The notes below the pieces were generated by a model. That model was not told where the DNA came from. It saw nothing but the letters and a program-made list of their open reading frames with translations, and did no database searches. Below are positions 38,601-51,035 of a DNA stretch of 64,000 nt, piece after piece. The position numbers and the translations under genes are program-made. The stretch is taken from contig CP158636.1 of assembly GCA_050273025.1 (NCBI GenBank), positions 4,216,001 to 4,280,000 of the forward strand, written 5' to 3'. Source of the DNA: Cenococcum geophilum. Lineage: Eukaryota. Within the stretch, counting starts at the first letter, position 1. The number at the start of each line of letters is the position of its first letter.

Positions 38601-40488
38601 ATTAAATTAGACGCTAGAATAGTATTTAAAATATTATATTAATCATGTATAAAATAATTGGGTATTGCTATTACTAGTTATATAGTTTATATATAATATA
38701 ACACTATAGGAAGGAATAGGCATACTCCCATTTAAGGCAAATTATAGATATAAGCTAAGAATATTGTTATTACCGCAATAAGTAAAGAAAACGAGTAGTA
38801 TAGCTAAAGAAAGAATAAAGATACTAATAAATCTTTATGCAGACCTTATAGAATTAGTAAAAAAGGTATAAGAGAGAATAAAAAAGTACTATAATGCTAA
38901 GAGATCTAAGGGACTAGATCTTAAGGAGGGAGATAAAGTATGGCTACTATATAAAAATTTTAAGAGTTAATAACTAAGCAAGAAATTAGACCACGTTAGA
39001 CTAGGACCTTTTAAAATTATATAGAGGATTTTATTAGTTATATTTAAGTTAAACCTACTAGTTAAGATAAAGATCTACCCTATATAGCATATTATAATGC
39101 TAGAGCTAGTATATAGGAATATTAAGCCACCGGTTTATAAAGTAGACATATATAGAGGATAAGAGGAAGATAAATAGTAAGTTTTAAAGATTATTAGTTA
39201 TAAGGACATTAACGATAAAATATAATATAAGGTTAAGTAGATAAGCTATACTAAGACTACTTAGAAACTACTATAGAATTTAAAAAATGCTATAAGAAAG
39301 GTATAGAAGTATTAGAAGAGATTAGGATAGGTAGCATTAATAAAGAAAAATTACTAAAATATAAGTTACCTAAGGGGGACCTAAGAAGAGTAGTTGCCGA
39401 ACTACTTAGATTTATTTCCTTCTTAGATAGAGAAGAATCTATTCTTTTATTACTAAGTTCCTATAAACCTTATTTTATAAGCTTCTACCCCTTAAAACGG
39501 ACCTTTTTACAAACCTTCTTAAAACGGATTAACCGAGCAGACGCCGTAAGACAAGAGTTAAGAGCCCGTTGCTAAGCATCGGCAGCCTCCTATTTAGCGT
39601 CACAAAAACGATATAATTCCGCTAAAGCAATAAACAGTTTATAATTAAGCTACGCAGTAGCAGATTAAATATAAAACCCTAAAATAAATCAGTTAAGGAA
39701 CTAGACAACTATTAAAAGTAATAGGTCGCGTATATTTAGCATTAGAGACAGATCAAACGTTATAGGATGAACGAATATTCGCTTTAGTGCACTCTGAGTA
39801 AGAGAACGGTTATCGCGAAGATGGACTTACCAGCGCAATATAGACCAACCCCTCTTTCAAATAATAAGAATATGGAGACGGTATAATCTCACTAAGAGAC
39901 AGTATTATAGCAACGGTATGGGTCCGACGAGCAGTTAAGGAAGAAGAAACTTTAGGTATAATAAGTAATAATATTAACTAAATTAATTAGACGGATATTA
40001 TACCTCTAGTAAATAACTTAGAGATATTTTAAATCTTTAAGGATAAAGATAAAGAGGAGGGAGATAGTATTACAGACGCTTTAAGTATAATATTATAACT
40101 ATTAGGGAGGGAGTTAGAAGAAGCTAGTTGGTTAATATAAGCACGGTCTAAAATAGAGCCGATAAAGCTATATAATAAGGAATAGTAACTAAGGTTATAT
40201 AATGTAATTTATAGAATCTATAGAATCTATAAAATCTATAATAGAGTAAATAGAGTATATGTACCTTACGTACTAAGGGGATTTCTTAGGAGTACAGTTG
40301 TGTATTTAAAGGACCACAGTCCCTACCTAAATAGTTCTTTCCTTTGTAGTAAATCTTAGAATACAATTAGAGTTAATCTATTAGGCAACTACTCCACTAG
40401 TTATTATTACGTTGTTAACTTCCTATTTACCTATATACCTAGCCTATTAACAAGTCTACCGTAGTTCCTGCTATAAGGCTTTATTATA
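32678..40488 (+). mobile_element. Full-length family A chromovirus copy A4
   Basis: LTRs 32678-33075 (23-bp deletion) and 40068-40488. 5-bp TSD ATTAT (32673-32677 and 40489-40493). gag, protease, RT, RNase H, integrase and chromodomain relics; PPT. Confidence 0.96.
39350..39959 (-). pseudogene. Antisense spliced Zn2Cys6-like/coiled-coil gene of A4 (best-preserved copy)
   Basis: Reads (M)PKVSSSLTARRTH...EI(M)PSP(C)S.(C)LKEGLV(C)IALVSPSSR(Q)PFS(C)SECTKANIRSS(C).V.SVS.A, then a ~65-bp intron ending TAG, then a helical exon (EAADA.QRAL...ASARLIRF.KV.KKVR...KLI..GL.EL). Confidence 0.72.
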
Positions 40489-43400
40489 ATTATAGGGTTT
40501 TTAGTTATAGGGTGTTTTTAGGGGCGTCCTCGGCCACGCTTTATAGTAGGTTTAATAGGTTTAGTAGGTTTACGGGGGACTTTTAAAGTAGGTAAGGGTG
40601 CTTCTAGTTTGTCTAGTTTAACGTTATAGGTATTTTTAGACTAAAAATAGGGTTTTATGGAGGTGCTTCTAAAGCTAGTTAGTCTACTAGGGAATTATAT
40701 ATAGTATATTTCGTCTTCTATAGTTAGTAAATAATAAGGTCTAGTCTAATTACTACTTTTACGCTATATAAGGACTTTAGAGTTAAGTGGGAGGTTATAA
40801 ACTAAGGTTATATTAGGTCCGTTGCGATAGTATAGAGCGCTATTAATAATTTGTTTAGCCCGTAACTTAACTATTTCAGCTATTACCTTCCGTATTATAG
40901 CCGCTTAATCCGTAATAAACGGGGTAAGAGGGTTAAGTTTACTTATTTTTAGGTAGGCTCTATAAACCAAGAGGGTGGGTACTAGTCTATTAGGGCCAGT
41001 GGTGTTATTAATAGCTTTTACGGCTATCTATAAAGCCAGTTCCTTTTAAATATCCTTATACTCGTTTATAATAATCTAGTAAGCTTTTTATAGAGTTAGG
41101 TAAGCTTACTTAATAAGCCTAGCGGACTAGTACGTCTTAACTAAAACGGCTTTTATTAAAATAGCTATGGCTATAGCGTACTATTAGAATTCCTTGCTAA
41201 TAAAGTTCCTACTAGTGTTATAGATAATATACTTAGGGGGTCCAATGTATACATTAATCTAGCAGGTCTGTAAAATATCCTAAATATATTTTATAGATAT
41301 ATTTTGCAACTAACGAGCGGCTTAATAGTGGGTTACCTCGTTAATTATATATAATACTAGGCTGCCGTTAATATATATAATATTTACGTATACTAAGTGG
41401 TTAAAATTAAGATCCTTATAAAGGGTGAACTTAAATCGGCCTAGGGAACGTCTATATTTCTAGTAAAAGGAACAGTATTTAGTTAGGTAGTCGATTGCCA
41501 TTTTATTAACATTGTCATATCTAGAGCGTTTAAGGACTCTATATAGCTTTTCGGCTAATAGGTGGCCGAAATAGCGGTGTAGGCGGTGGATTTTAGTACT
41601 AGTAAGGTAGCACGGGTTATAGTTAAAAGATTCCTAAATGTAGGTTTATAAAGTCTCTCCCTATATAAGGAACGGGTGTCCAAATTATCGTATAATTAGT
41701 AGGGTAATATACTTACTTCCTAGGGCAGTTATAGGGCTAATTAAGGTATCTATAATATTATTATAGTAAACCTATAACCTATCTATATCCGTAAAGTAGA
41801 GTAGAAAAGGGATGTCTGCTTTTACTACGTAGAAGTTAACTAGGCTAATTAGGGTCTTAACTGCAACTAATCTAATTAATACGGTTAAGCTAATGCCGAA
41901 TTAGACGTTTACGGCCCTAGTTTATATAGTATTAATATCCGTATTATCCTTTATAGTAGTTTTATATACAAGGTATTGTCTATAACCTATAGTAGACTTC
42001 TTAAAGGCACCTATATCGATTATAACGCTATAGAATTCTTTAGGGGTATAGCGTTCTGTAGTAATATATATAAATAGGTCCTATTCGCGGTCTATAATAT
42101 CTGTAATAGGTCTAATAGGTATACTTATGGGCTAGTTTTTAGGTATAATTAAGTATATAAAGGAGCGGTTAGCTAATACGGTTGTAATATTAAAGGCTTA
42201 GCTATCTATAAAAGGTCTAAAAGTAGTTAAAAATGTCTCTAAGATCTCCTGTTCCTAAGTATTTAAGTTAAAGTTAATTATAAGGGCTTTTATTAACTTA
42301 TTAAGAGACTCCTCTACTTTCTCTCCTTTATAGTCTAAGATAAACTGGTTAATCCGACTATTAAATCTCTTTTTAGATTTATTACGTTCTTCCTAGGTAT
42401 ACCTTATAAACTAATATCCTTCTTTACCGCATATAAAGCACTTTTAGCTAGTTTGTTTACGGGGGTATACTTTTATATAGGAGTTGCTATAGGGGTTACG
42501 GGTAGGACTTAGTCGGTATAGGTACTGCTAGCAATAGCAGTGGTCCGTAAAGTAGGCATTTAAGTTAGTTTATAGGTTTTATAGGTCTAAAATAAAGGCT
42601 TAAGTACTACCTAGCCGGTTTAAAGCTTTATACGTTATAATAGAGAACCGTAAATTATTAATAAGACTAGTTAAGGTGTCTGTAGGCTTATAATAGGCAT
42701 ATTTATAGGGTTCCACGTCCTAGTAAGCTGTGATAAGCTTATTATATAGAAAGTCATCCGTTTAAAGCTTAATATTAAGGCCATGCTATAAGTGCCGGAG
42801 GTCTTTAATAAGAATTTACAGGCACTCTATAATCGATTTTTCGGTATTCTTATTAATTATAGTCCGTAACCCAATTATATTCTATTAAGTAAGAATATTA
42901 CACTTATATTCTGGCCCTTTAAAGTAGTTATGTATAGTCTTATATAGCTTATTAAAGGGGACACTAAGGGGGTTGCTCTTAAGGTTAGTATAATAATAGT
43001 TAAGGGCTAGGCCGCGCAGTATAGTAAAGTAGGCTTAGCTAAACTTTTATTTAGAAATATTAGCCTTCTAATAAAGGTCTGTAAAGATAGTTAGTTTAAA
43101 GTTAAAGTTATCGTTTTTACCGCTATACTTGGATTTGTTAGTATAGAGTTTAGCTAAGTTAGCTACCTCCTTACTGTAGGTCTTTACTTAAGTAGTTTAT
43201 AGATTTATAACTTAAGTAACGGAAGGGTTTTAGTCTGTATTTTGGTTTATAGGGGTATTATAGTCCATAACTTAAGTGCTAGGTATACTTTAGCCCGTAA
43301 GATTAATTTTAAGATCTCTTTAGTCTATAGGACGAATTTAGTTAAATAGGTCGTCTATAAGACCGGAGATCCTATTAAGTTTAAAAGAGGTAAAGAGTCT

Positions 43401-44318
43401 GCTGGTTTTAATGTAATCTAAAATCTACTCTTTAGTCTATTCTATTTAGTCCTTTTACGTAATATATTATACAGAGACCGTGTAATAGTAACTCGTTTAT
43501 CCTTTTTAACCTATACACCTTAGTAATGTAAGAGGGTTTATAGGTTGCGGGTAGCTATAAGGTTATAAGCCTTAAGGATAGCTTTTATAAAGTCCGCAAA
43601 GTCTTCCTTATATTATTCCTATAGATTATTGTTTAGAAGCTTAAAGTGTCCGTATTTAAGGATTTTAAAATTAATATAGTTGTTAACGCCGTTTATAGAC
43701 GTAAGGTCGACTTCCTAACTCTACTTCTTTTAATCTTTATTAATTTACTTACTTATATCTACTATATTATATAGCGTAGTATATTTATATAAGCTGTAAT
43801 GGGTTAAGAGGAGCTTATAGCGGGTGGAGGAGGTTTTATAATAGTTCGTAAAATCAATTAATAGGTCCGTAATAGTTTAAGAGGTCTTATAATAGTCTGT
43901 AAAGGTAATTAATAGGTCTATAATAGTTTATAGAAGGGTAAGAGGTTCCATAAAGGTCTATATTCGCGTTTATAAACTTTTAGTAAACTATACTAAGACT
44001 TAAATAAGTATATAGAGATGGTGATATAATCTATAATCCCTAACTTCCGACTTTTTAGTAGGTCGTACTAGGATATAAACGGGTAATCGCTATTATATAT
44101 CGCTTGGGGAAGGTGTTAAGTAATTGCTAATCTATACGCGCTTACTAATTAGTGTTTATATCAATTTAATAATATAAGTAAGTTATATCTAGGGGCATAA
44201 AATACGTATAGTATTATATACTCTTTTAGATAGTAGTAACTATTAATTCTATTAAAGTAGACTACGTAGTCTATATACTAACGCGCCTCCCCCCTAATTA
44301 GTTAGCACTTTATAAATA

Positions 44319-45096
44319 ACGTAACGTAATTAAGGGGTTAGTGGGCTAGATGGGTCAGTGGGCCACCTTAAAACTTACCAAAAATTAGAAAATTCATACT
44401 TTAATATCTTAACAACCACTTAATAATAAATTTTAATAATTTAGATTTGGACTTTCATATACACTCTATAGCTTCTATTAAAGTTATAGAGTAATTAGTT
44501 TAGTGGTTTTTAAGATATAGTAATTTGGCTTTATTTTGGCCCCCAAATTATAATATCTTAAAAACTACTAAACTAATTATTATGTAACTTTAATAGAAGC
44601 TGCAGAGCGTATATAAAAGTCCAAATTTAAATTATTAGAATTTATTATTAAGTGGTTGTTAAGACATTAAAGTATAAAATTTCTAATTTTTAAGGTGGCC
44701 CACTAACCCATCTAGCCCACTGACCCCTTAATTACGTTAGTTAGTAAGCTTGTGGGCTATACAAGCATATAGGCCATATTAAAACCCCACTAAAAATTAG
44801 AAAACTTATACCTTAATATCTTAACAACCACTTAATAATAAATTTTAATAATTTAGATTTAGACTTTTATATATACTTTACAGCTTCTATTAAAGTTATA
44901 TAGTAAATAGTTTAATAGTTTTTAAGATATAGTAAAATATAGTAATATAGCCTTATTTCGGCCCCCAAATTTTAATATTTTAAAAACCACTTAACTATTT
45001 ACGATATAATTTTAGTAAAAGCTATAGAGTATATATAAAAGTCTAAATCTAAATTATTAAAATTTATTATTAAGTGGTTGTTAAGATATTAAGGTA
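44319..45096. mobile_element. Foldback MITE 3, with MITE 2 inserted in its left TIR and its right end cut by a pogo element
   Basis: TA-ACG(TA)[MITE 2](TA)GTTAGTAAGCTTGTGGGC...; same arms and GGCCCCCAAATT spacer as MITE 1. Confidence 0.8.
44324..44737. mobile_element. Foldback MITE 2
   Basis: TA TSD. TIR ACGTAATTAAGGGG(T)TAGTGGGCTAGATGGG(T)CAGTGGGCCACC and its reverse complement. Long inverted arms homologous to MITE 1. Confidence 0.93.
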
Positions 45097-45311
45097 ACGT
45101 AACTGATGGGGTTATAAAGGTGTCCCTAGTTATAACCGATACGAACTACCGCCTTCCTATCTAGGCTAGCTTATTTCCTAAATAAATATACTGCCGCTTT
45201 AAACATTAACACCTTAACATTTCCCCTTACTTCCTTACCCACAACTCCCTATAATACACTTAAATTTAAAGCCATGCCTTACTGGCCGCGTGCTCTAGAT
45301 ATAGAAGATCG

Positions 45312-46386
45312 CTCCTCCGTCGTCGTCTCCCCCTTCGCTATATAGCCCCTACGGACACGTCACCGGACGCCAAATACCAGACACATCACAACCTCCACCA
45401 CAACCTGTCTACAGCCATCAGGCTGCAGACGACCTCTACCACAACCTGTCTACAGCCATCAAGCTGCAGACGACCTCCACAACCTGTCTACAGCCATCAA
45501 GCTGCAGACGACCTCCGCAACCTGTCTACAGCCATCAAGCTGCAGACGACCTCCGCAACCTGTCAGCCATCAGGCTACAGACGACCTCTACCACAACCGC
45601 AACCACTACCGCAACCACTACCGCTACAATATACCATACAACACCGCACTATAGGCGTACCGCAGATGCGCAGATAGAGTAGCTACAGCGGGGGGGAGAG
45701 GGGAGGGGGGCTGGCCCGTGTTACTTTAGCACGTAAAATATAAGGTGTATAGGCGAATTGGTGTTTATACCCTATACAGACAACCTCGTGAAAATTTTCC
45801 TATGGGAGTGGGTTTATGTAACGAGGTTTGCCCTTATAAAATACCCGTATTCTAGAACGTAAATCTAGAATTAGTAGGTTACTTTTGGGGAGAGTACCTA
45901 CTAATTACTAATTCCCTACCCTTTTCTTTAGCAAGGAGGAGAAATAGGGTATAGGATAAAAAGTCGTATAGGAATAACTGGTAGTTGTCTTCAAGCTGGC
46001 AAACTATGTGCGCCTTTAGTTCTTATACGCAAAACAGTCTTACAATCCACCTTTTAGAGCGCTTTTTCTACTCTAGGGACAGCAGAATACGGCAGAAATA
46101 GATAAAAGAGTCAGGATTTCCTTAGTGCGAATTTCCTTGGTATGAAACTAAATATTAGTGAGCAAAATACCAGAGCGAAAAAAACACTAGTAGCTAGAGC
46201 TCCCCTAGCATTTTAAAACCGGGCCGGAGTGTCCACTTAGTTACTAGTACATGTTAAGCTGCCTTAGAAGGATTCATGTATATAGGACTATAGCGCCATA
46301 ACTTAGAGGCTGCATGCGCAGTATTATACGTAGTATAATACAATAGATATATAAAATAAAATAAAATAAAATAAAATAAAAAAATT
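45312..46386 (+). mobile_element. Non-LTR (LINE-derived or SINE-like) insert within the pogo transposase
   Basis: TSD TAGAAGATCG (45302-45311 and 46387-46396), 3' (TAAAA)n/A-rich tail at 46351-46384; the transposase reading continues across the site. Confidence 0.8.
45399..45598 (+). repeat. Minisatellite, ~6 copies of a ~39-42 bp unit (ACAACCTGTCTACAGCCATCAAGCTGCAGACGACCTCC...)
   Basis: Directly visible tandem copies. Confidence 0.9.
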
Positions 46387-47691
46387 TAGAAGATCGTTTA
46401 TAAGCAGCTCTAAAAGCCTAGCGAATAATAGGACTCTATAAAAGCGCTAAAGCTTATACATAAGCCCATAAGGTTAATCCAGTTACTTTCCACCGGCGGC
46501 TTTAAGGTAGATTACAATCTTACTAAATCGCCCACGTTAACTAATATCGTATTACCCTAGCTGGCGAGGCAGCAATTGCTCGATATTATATTTATCTTAC
46601 TAAAGCCGGGTTTCTATGTTGATACTATACAATTCGGACAATTGCGACACTTATTCTTTAGCGCGAAAACTCTAACTTTCCTTACTATACTAAAATTGCG
46701 CCATTTAGTACAAAATGGATATATAGCTTTTTAAAACGGCAGGAAGAGCTTCGTACTTACTATATATAATTAATTAGCTTAAAACGAGCTATTGCTGATA
46801 ATAGTCCTACTCTAGTTAAGAGGTTTTTTACTAACTACTCTAATATAAAGACTTAGTATAATATTAATAACGCTAATATATAGAATATAAATAAGACTGG
46901 TTACGCTATGGGCTTCGCATATAGTGCTAAGGTAGTAGTGTTAAGAGGCAATATTATTAATTTTAAGACAATTAACGGCTCTTAGGAGTGGGTTTTATAG
47001 ATTAATTTAATTAGTATATAAGGGCGGACGATTCCACCGTTTATTATTTTTAAAGGACGCCAATATACAGAATCGCTATAGCAGGAAGCAGAGAAAGCTA
47101 TAGGCGAGTGTATAATTGTAATAAGCGAAAATAGATAGTTAAATTAAGAGCTTAGTATACGGTGGCTAGAGTACTTTAAGCGCTATACCCGACGGACTAA
47201 GGTATAGGAGAGAGTAATAAAAGATAGAACCGATAGTAAATATAACAGCTATTAACTCTTAATTATAGACGGCTATAGTAGCCATATTAATATTAAGTTT
47301 GTTAAGTTCTACTAGTTAAAAAAGATTATACTAATTTACCTACCGCTACATTCGACACACCTCCTATAGCTACTAAATTTGGTTATATTTTTAGTTCTTA
47401 AGCGACTATATTTATTAAAGGTTAATAAATATATAGCTTATAGTATTACTAGTATTAATAGAGACTATTTTCTATAAATACTTAGTAAAAAATAAGATGG
47501 AGACCACGTATTAGGAAATGGAGGCTTCCTTTATAAGCAAGGCGCCCTCACTTATTAACCCCAGCTAAGCCAAGACTGCCCCTTGACCTCAACTATAAAA
47601 GGCCATTTCTCTCACTGCTTTTCCTCTTATCTTCCATCTTTCCTTTCTCCCAACGCTGCGCCTCCTCCTCTTCTTGCTACTAATCCCTGAC

Positions 47692-49044
47692 ATGGTCGCA
47701 TTAAGGCATTTCTGCTGTCCCCTTAGCGCTTATACGTATATACGTCCAGCCCGCTTATTCCTTTATTCCCCCACATCAGACTAATAATTAATGCAGTTAA
47801 TTGCGGCCTTTCTAATAGGCAACTCTCTCTTCTACGTTAATATATAGACGACTATAGTCTTTTAATTACGCCTCTGTTACCGATAGCTTTAATTATTATT
47901 AAGCTCTTTTAGCGCGGCCTTATCTAGCGAGCGCGTATATGCCTTTATAATCCTCTTCTCTCTTACTCTTTCTCCTTTGGCCTCCTAAATAACGCTAGCC
48001 CGCAACCGTCTTATAGGAAGGGGGTTAGGGGAATTCTGTAGTCACTAGCCATATTAGCACTATTATTTTATTTAACTTAGCCCTATATCTCCTTCTAAGC
48101 TAGGAGGAATAGGCGTGCGTATTGCCCCCTAAAGGGCTTAAGAGAGCTTACGTCGCACTTATTTCAGTAACCTACATTTCTCTTCTAGGATACGCTATTA
48201 GTTAGATAGCCCGCTTTAGCGTTTGCTAATAGCTAAAGCTACCTATATTATAACTTATATGCCTACTAGGCTACTTAGCGGAAAAGCAGCTAGGGATTGC
48301 CGATTTAAGCGACTACGCCATATAGGGCTATATTAGGCATTATTTAAACGGACATTATATAGAGTATTACTTAGGTCACTATATATACCTTCCTAGTGGT
48401 ATAGTTATATTACTATAGATATTTTAGTAACGTTATTTAATCTACTAGTTTAGGGCTAAGGGGCTATTAGCTCCGGCTACTTTACTTAACAGTAAAGTAA
48501 AGGATTAATAATCTGGCCTTTTAAGCTATGGGGCTATAGTAGGAACTACTTGGATTAAAATTAAAAGGTTACAGCTTTTAAGCGTACGATAGATTAATGG
48601 CATAGTGGTATAACTGCGCAGGAATCTCCGATACCAGCTAGCCACGTTAAAAGGGCGAGTATCCCTATACAGTCTTTTACCTAGCATATTTATAGATATA
48701 TATACAATTACCGTACAAACGGCAGGCATATCCGTCACTAGGTAGTTAGTATTAGAGAGCCCCGCCTACCGCTAATAAGGATACTACCTCCTTTTATTAT
48801 AAATAGCTCGTAACACGGACGTATAAGTAGGGCTTTACCTCCTACTAATATAAACGGCGTAGAGGATTAGCTAGACTAGCATTGCCGGGAAGTAAATAGA
48901 TATATTAGCGCTACCCTTTACTAAGGGATAAAGGTAGGGAATTTACGCCACTAGCCTCCTAATAAGGGGCTAGATGTAATAGCTGTGTTAAAGCTAAATA
49001 TACCAGCTTAGACGGGCAGATATAGTTTAATCGCAATTTGCTAA
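47692..49044 (+). pseudogene. RIP-degraded intron-containing gene relic, unknown product
   Basis: TATAAAA at 47594, a CT-rich leader and ATG at 47692. Long frames broken mainly by TAA/TAG, with GT..AG intron-like segments. Confidence 0.4.
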
Positions 49045-49202
49045 GGGTGTTAATTAAGCGCTAGATATTCAAGCCCTTATAAACCTTTATACCCTATAAA
49101 CGGTAATCTACTCCGGCTTATACCGGAGGCGCACGTATTATTAGGAAAATATTCGCAGGATAAGATTTAAGTTAACTTTGGTGTTCGCGTTTCGCGTAAT
49201 TG

Positions 49203-49625
49203 ACATACAATTTAACCAACTCGACACGCAATTGACTAACTTAACACGCAATTGACCAACTTAATACGCAATTTAACTAACTTAACACGTAGTTGACCTA
49301 CTTAACATGTAATTTAACTAACTTAATACACAGTTAACCTACTTAATATGCAATTTAATTAACTTAATACGCAGTTAACCTACTTAACATGCAATTTAAC
49401 TAACTTAATACGCAGTTAACCTACTTAACATATAATTTAATTAACTTAACACGCAGTTGACCTACTTAACATGTAATTTAACTAACTCAACACGCAGTTG
49501 ACCTACTTAACATATAATTTAACTAACTTAACACGCAGTTAACCTACTTAACATATTTAAAAGTTAAATAATACGCAGTTAACCTACTTAACAACTTTAA
49601 AAGCTAACTGTATATTCCTTAACAT
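49203..49625. repeat. Minisatellite of alternating 20/21-bp units (41-bp dimer ACACGCAGTTGACCTACTTA-ACATGTAATTTAACTAACTTA)
   Basis: About 20 tandem monomers visible. Confidence 0.92.
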
Positions 49626-49686
49626 GTAATTAAGGTAAAGTTATATACTAATTACGCAAATGAATTTTTATACAGTTTTATTACTT

Positions 49687-50137
49687 AGAGGCTCTGCATA
49701 AGGCTCTACATAAAGCTCTACACGAAGCTCTGCGTACAGAGGCTCTGCACGAAGCTCTGCACGAAGCTCTGCACGAAGCTCTGCACGAAGCTCTGCACGA
49801 AGCTCTGCACGAAGCTCTGCACGAAGCTCTGCACGAAGCTCTGCACGAAGCTCTGCACGAAGCTCTATACGAAGCTCTGCATGAAGCTCTGCACGAAGTT
49901 CTACACAAAGCTCTACACGAAGCTTTGCATAAGGCTCTACACGAGGCTCTACACGAAGCTCTACGTACAGAGGCTCTGCACGAAGCTCTGCGTACAGAGG
50001 CTCTGCCCGAAGCTCTACGTACAGAGGCTCTACGCGAAGCTCTGCGTACGGAGGCTCTGCACGAAGCTCTGCACGAAGCTCTGCACGAGGCTCTGCGCGA
50101 AGCTCTGCGTACAGAGGCTCTACACAAAGCTCTGCAT
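49687..50137. repeat. 12-bp minisatellite (GCACGAAGCTCT)n with 15-bp variants
   Basis: Directly visible; source of the three overlapping repeat ORFs. Confidence 0.95.
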
Positions 50138-50253
50138 CGGGTCCCCGCTATATTCCCAATAGCCTCTCCTATATAGCCACCTTATTTTTTTTATCTATCC
50201 ATCCTTCCTTATATCCTCCCTACCTAGGGAGGTACCAGAACGGCAGCTAGTAG

Positions 50254-50600
50254 AGGACCGTCGCTAGAATTAAACGACCGTTACCAGAACCAGACGACCG
50301 TCGCCGTCGCTAGAACTAAAACACCGTTACTAGAACTAGACGACCGTTGCTAGAACGAGACGACCGTCGCCAGAACCAGACAACCATCGCTAGAACTAGA
50401 CGACCGTTACCAGAACTAGACAACCGTCGCCGTCGCCAGATAACCGTTACCAGAACCACACGACCGTCGCTAGATGACCGTCGCCAGAGCTAGACGACCG
50501 TCGCTAGAACTAGACAATCGTCACTAAAACTAGACGACCGTTACCAAAACTAGACGACCGTCGCCAGAACTAGACGACCGTCGCTAGAGCTAGACGATAA
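50254..50600. repeat. ~21-bp minisatellite (CCAGAACCAGACGACCGTCG-type)
   Basis: About 15 degenerate copies visible. Confidence 0.92.
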
Positions 50601-50654
50601 CGACTAGCTAGCGAACACTATAAACGATTTAATCGATTAATTAAATTAAGGCAG

Positions 50655-51035
50655 TATAGACAGGTAGGCATAAACAGGGAGATGCTAATAGGTAGGCAGA
50701 TGCTAATAGGTAGGTAAATACAGACTAGTAATTAGATACAGATAGGCAAGTAGATATAGATAGGTAAGTAAATGCTAACGGGTAGGCAGATATAGATAGA
50801 TAGGTAGATGTAAATAGGTAGGCAATATAAACAGGTAGGCGATACAGATAGGTAGGCAATGTAGATAGGTAGGTAATGTAAATAGGTAGGCAATATAAAC
50901 AGGTAGGCGATATAGATAAGTAGGCGATGCAGATAGGTAGGTGATATAGATAGGTAGGCAATGCAGATAGGTAGGCGATGTAGATAAGTAGGCAATATAG
51001 ACAGGTAGGCGATGTAGGTAGGTAGGTAGATAAAT
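50655..51035. repeat. ~18-bp minisatellite (GTAGATAGGTAGGCGAT-type)
   Basis: About 20 degenerate copies visible. Confidence 0.9.

Larger units (their letters stand above)
30879..44318 (-). mobile_element. Ty1/Copia element C1 (RIP-degraded), interrupted by A4
   Basis: LTRs starting TGTTTATA at 30879 (truncated ~30935) and 44153-44318. Minus-strand order is gag (~42300-43900), integrase (LHR..GH, ~40900-41600), RT (KPLYGV.EA.NH.F, DPCLLY, GL(Q)(T)D(D)TL at ~32020-32190), RNase H (~31100-31560). Confidence 0.9.
45097..47490 (+). mobile_element. pogo/Fot1-type (Tc1/mariner) transposon with a RIP-degraded DDE transposase, 3'-truncated
   Basis: TA-ACGT end; ATG at 45274. Relics WN(M)(D)(E)TGYAMG, EWV, IPPFIIFKG, SEN(G)(W), LI.DG(H)SSH and LP(P)HSTHLL(Q)(P)L(D) across 46880-47385. 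Confidence 0.9.

Noticed and set aside
30874..44323. TSD for Copia C1
   Set aside because: The left flank ATTCT is not repeated on the right, where a MITE/pogo stack follows and A3 does not resume, so C1 cannot be shown to be a clean insertion.
49203..49625. CRISPR-like array
   Set aside because: Units are contiguous with no unique spacers, there are no cas genes, and the context is eukaryotic.
49681..50176. Three overlapping ORFs (RASC, TKLC and HEAL repeats) as real proteins
   Set aside because: They arise from a 12-bp repeat that is open in several frames and have no unique coding flanks.
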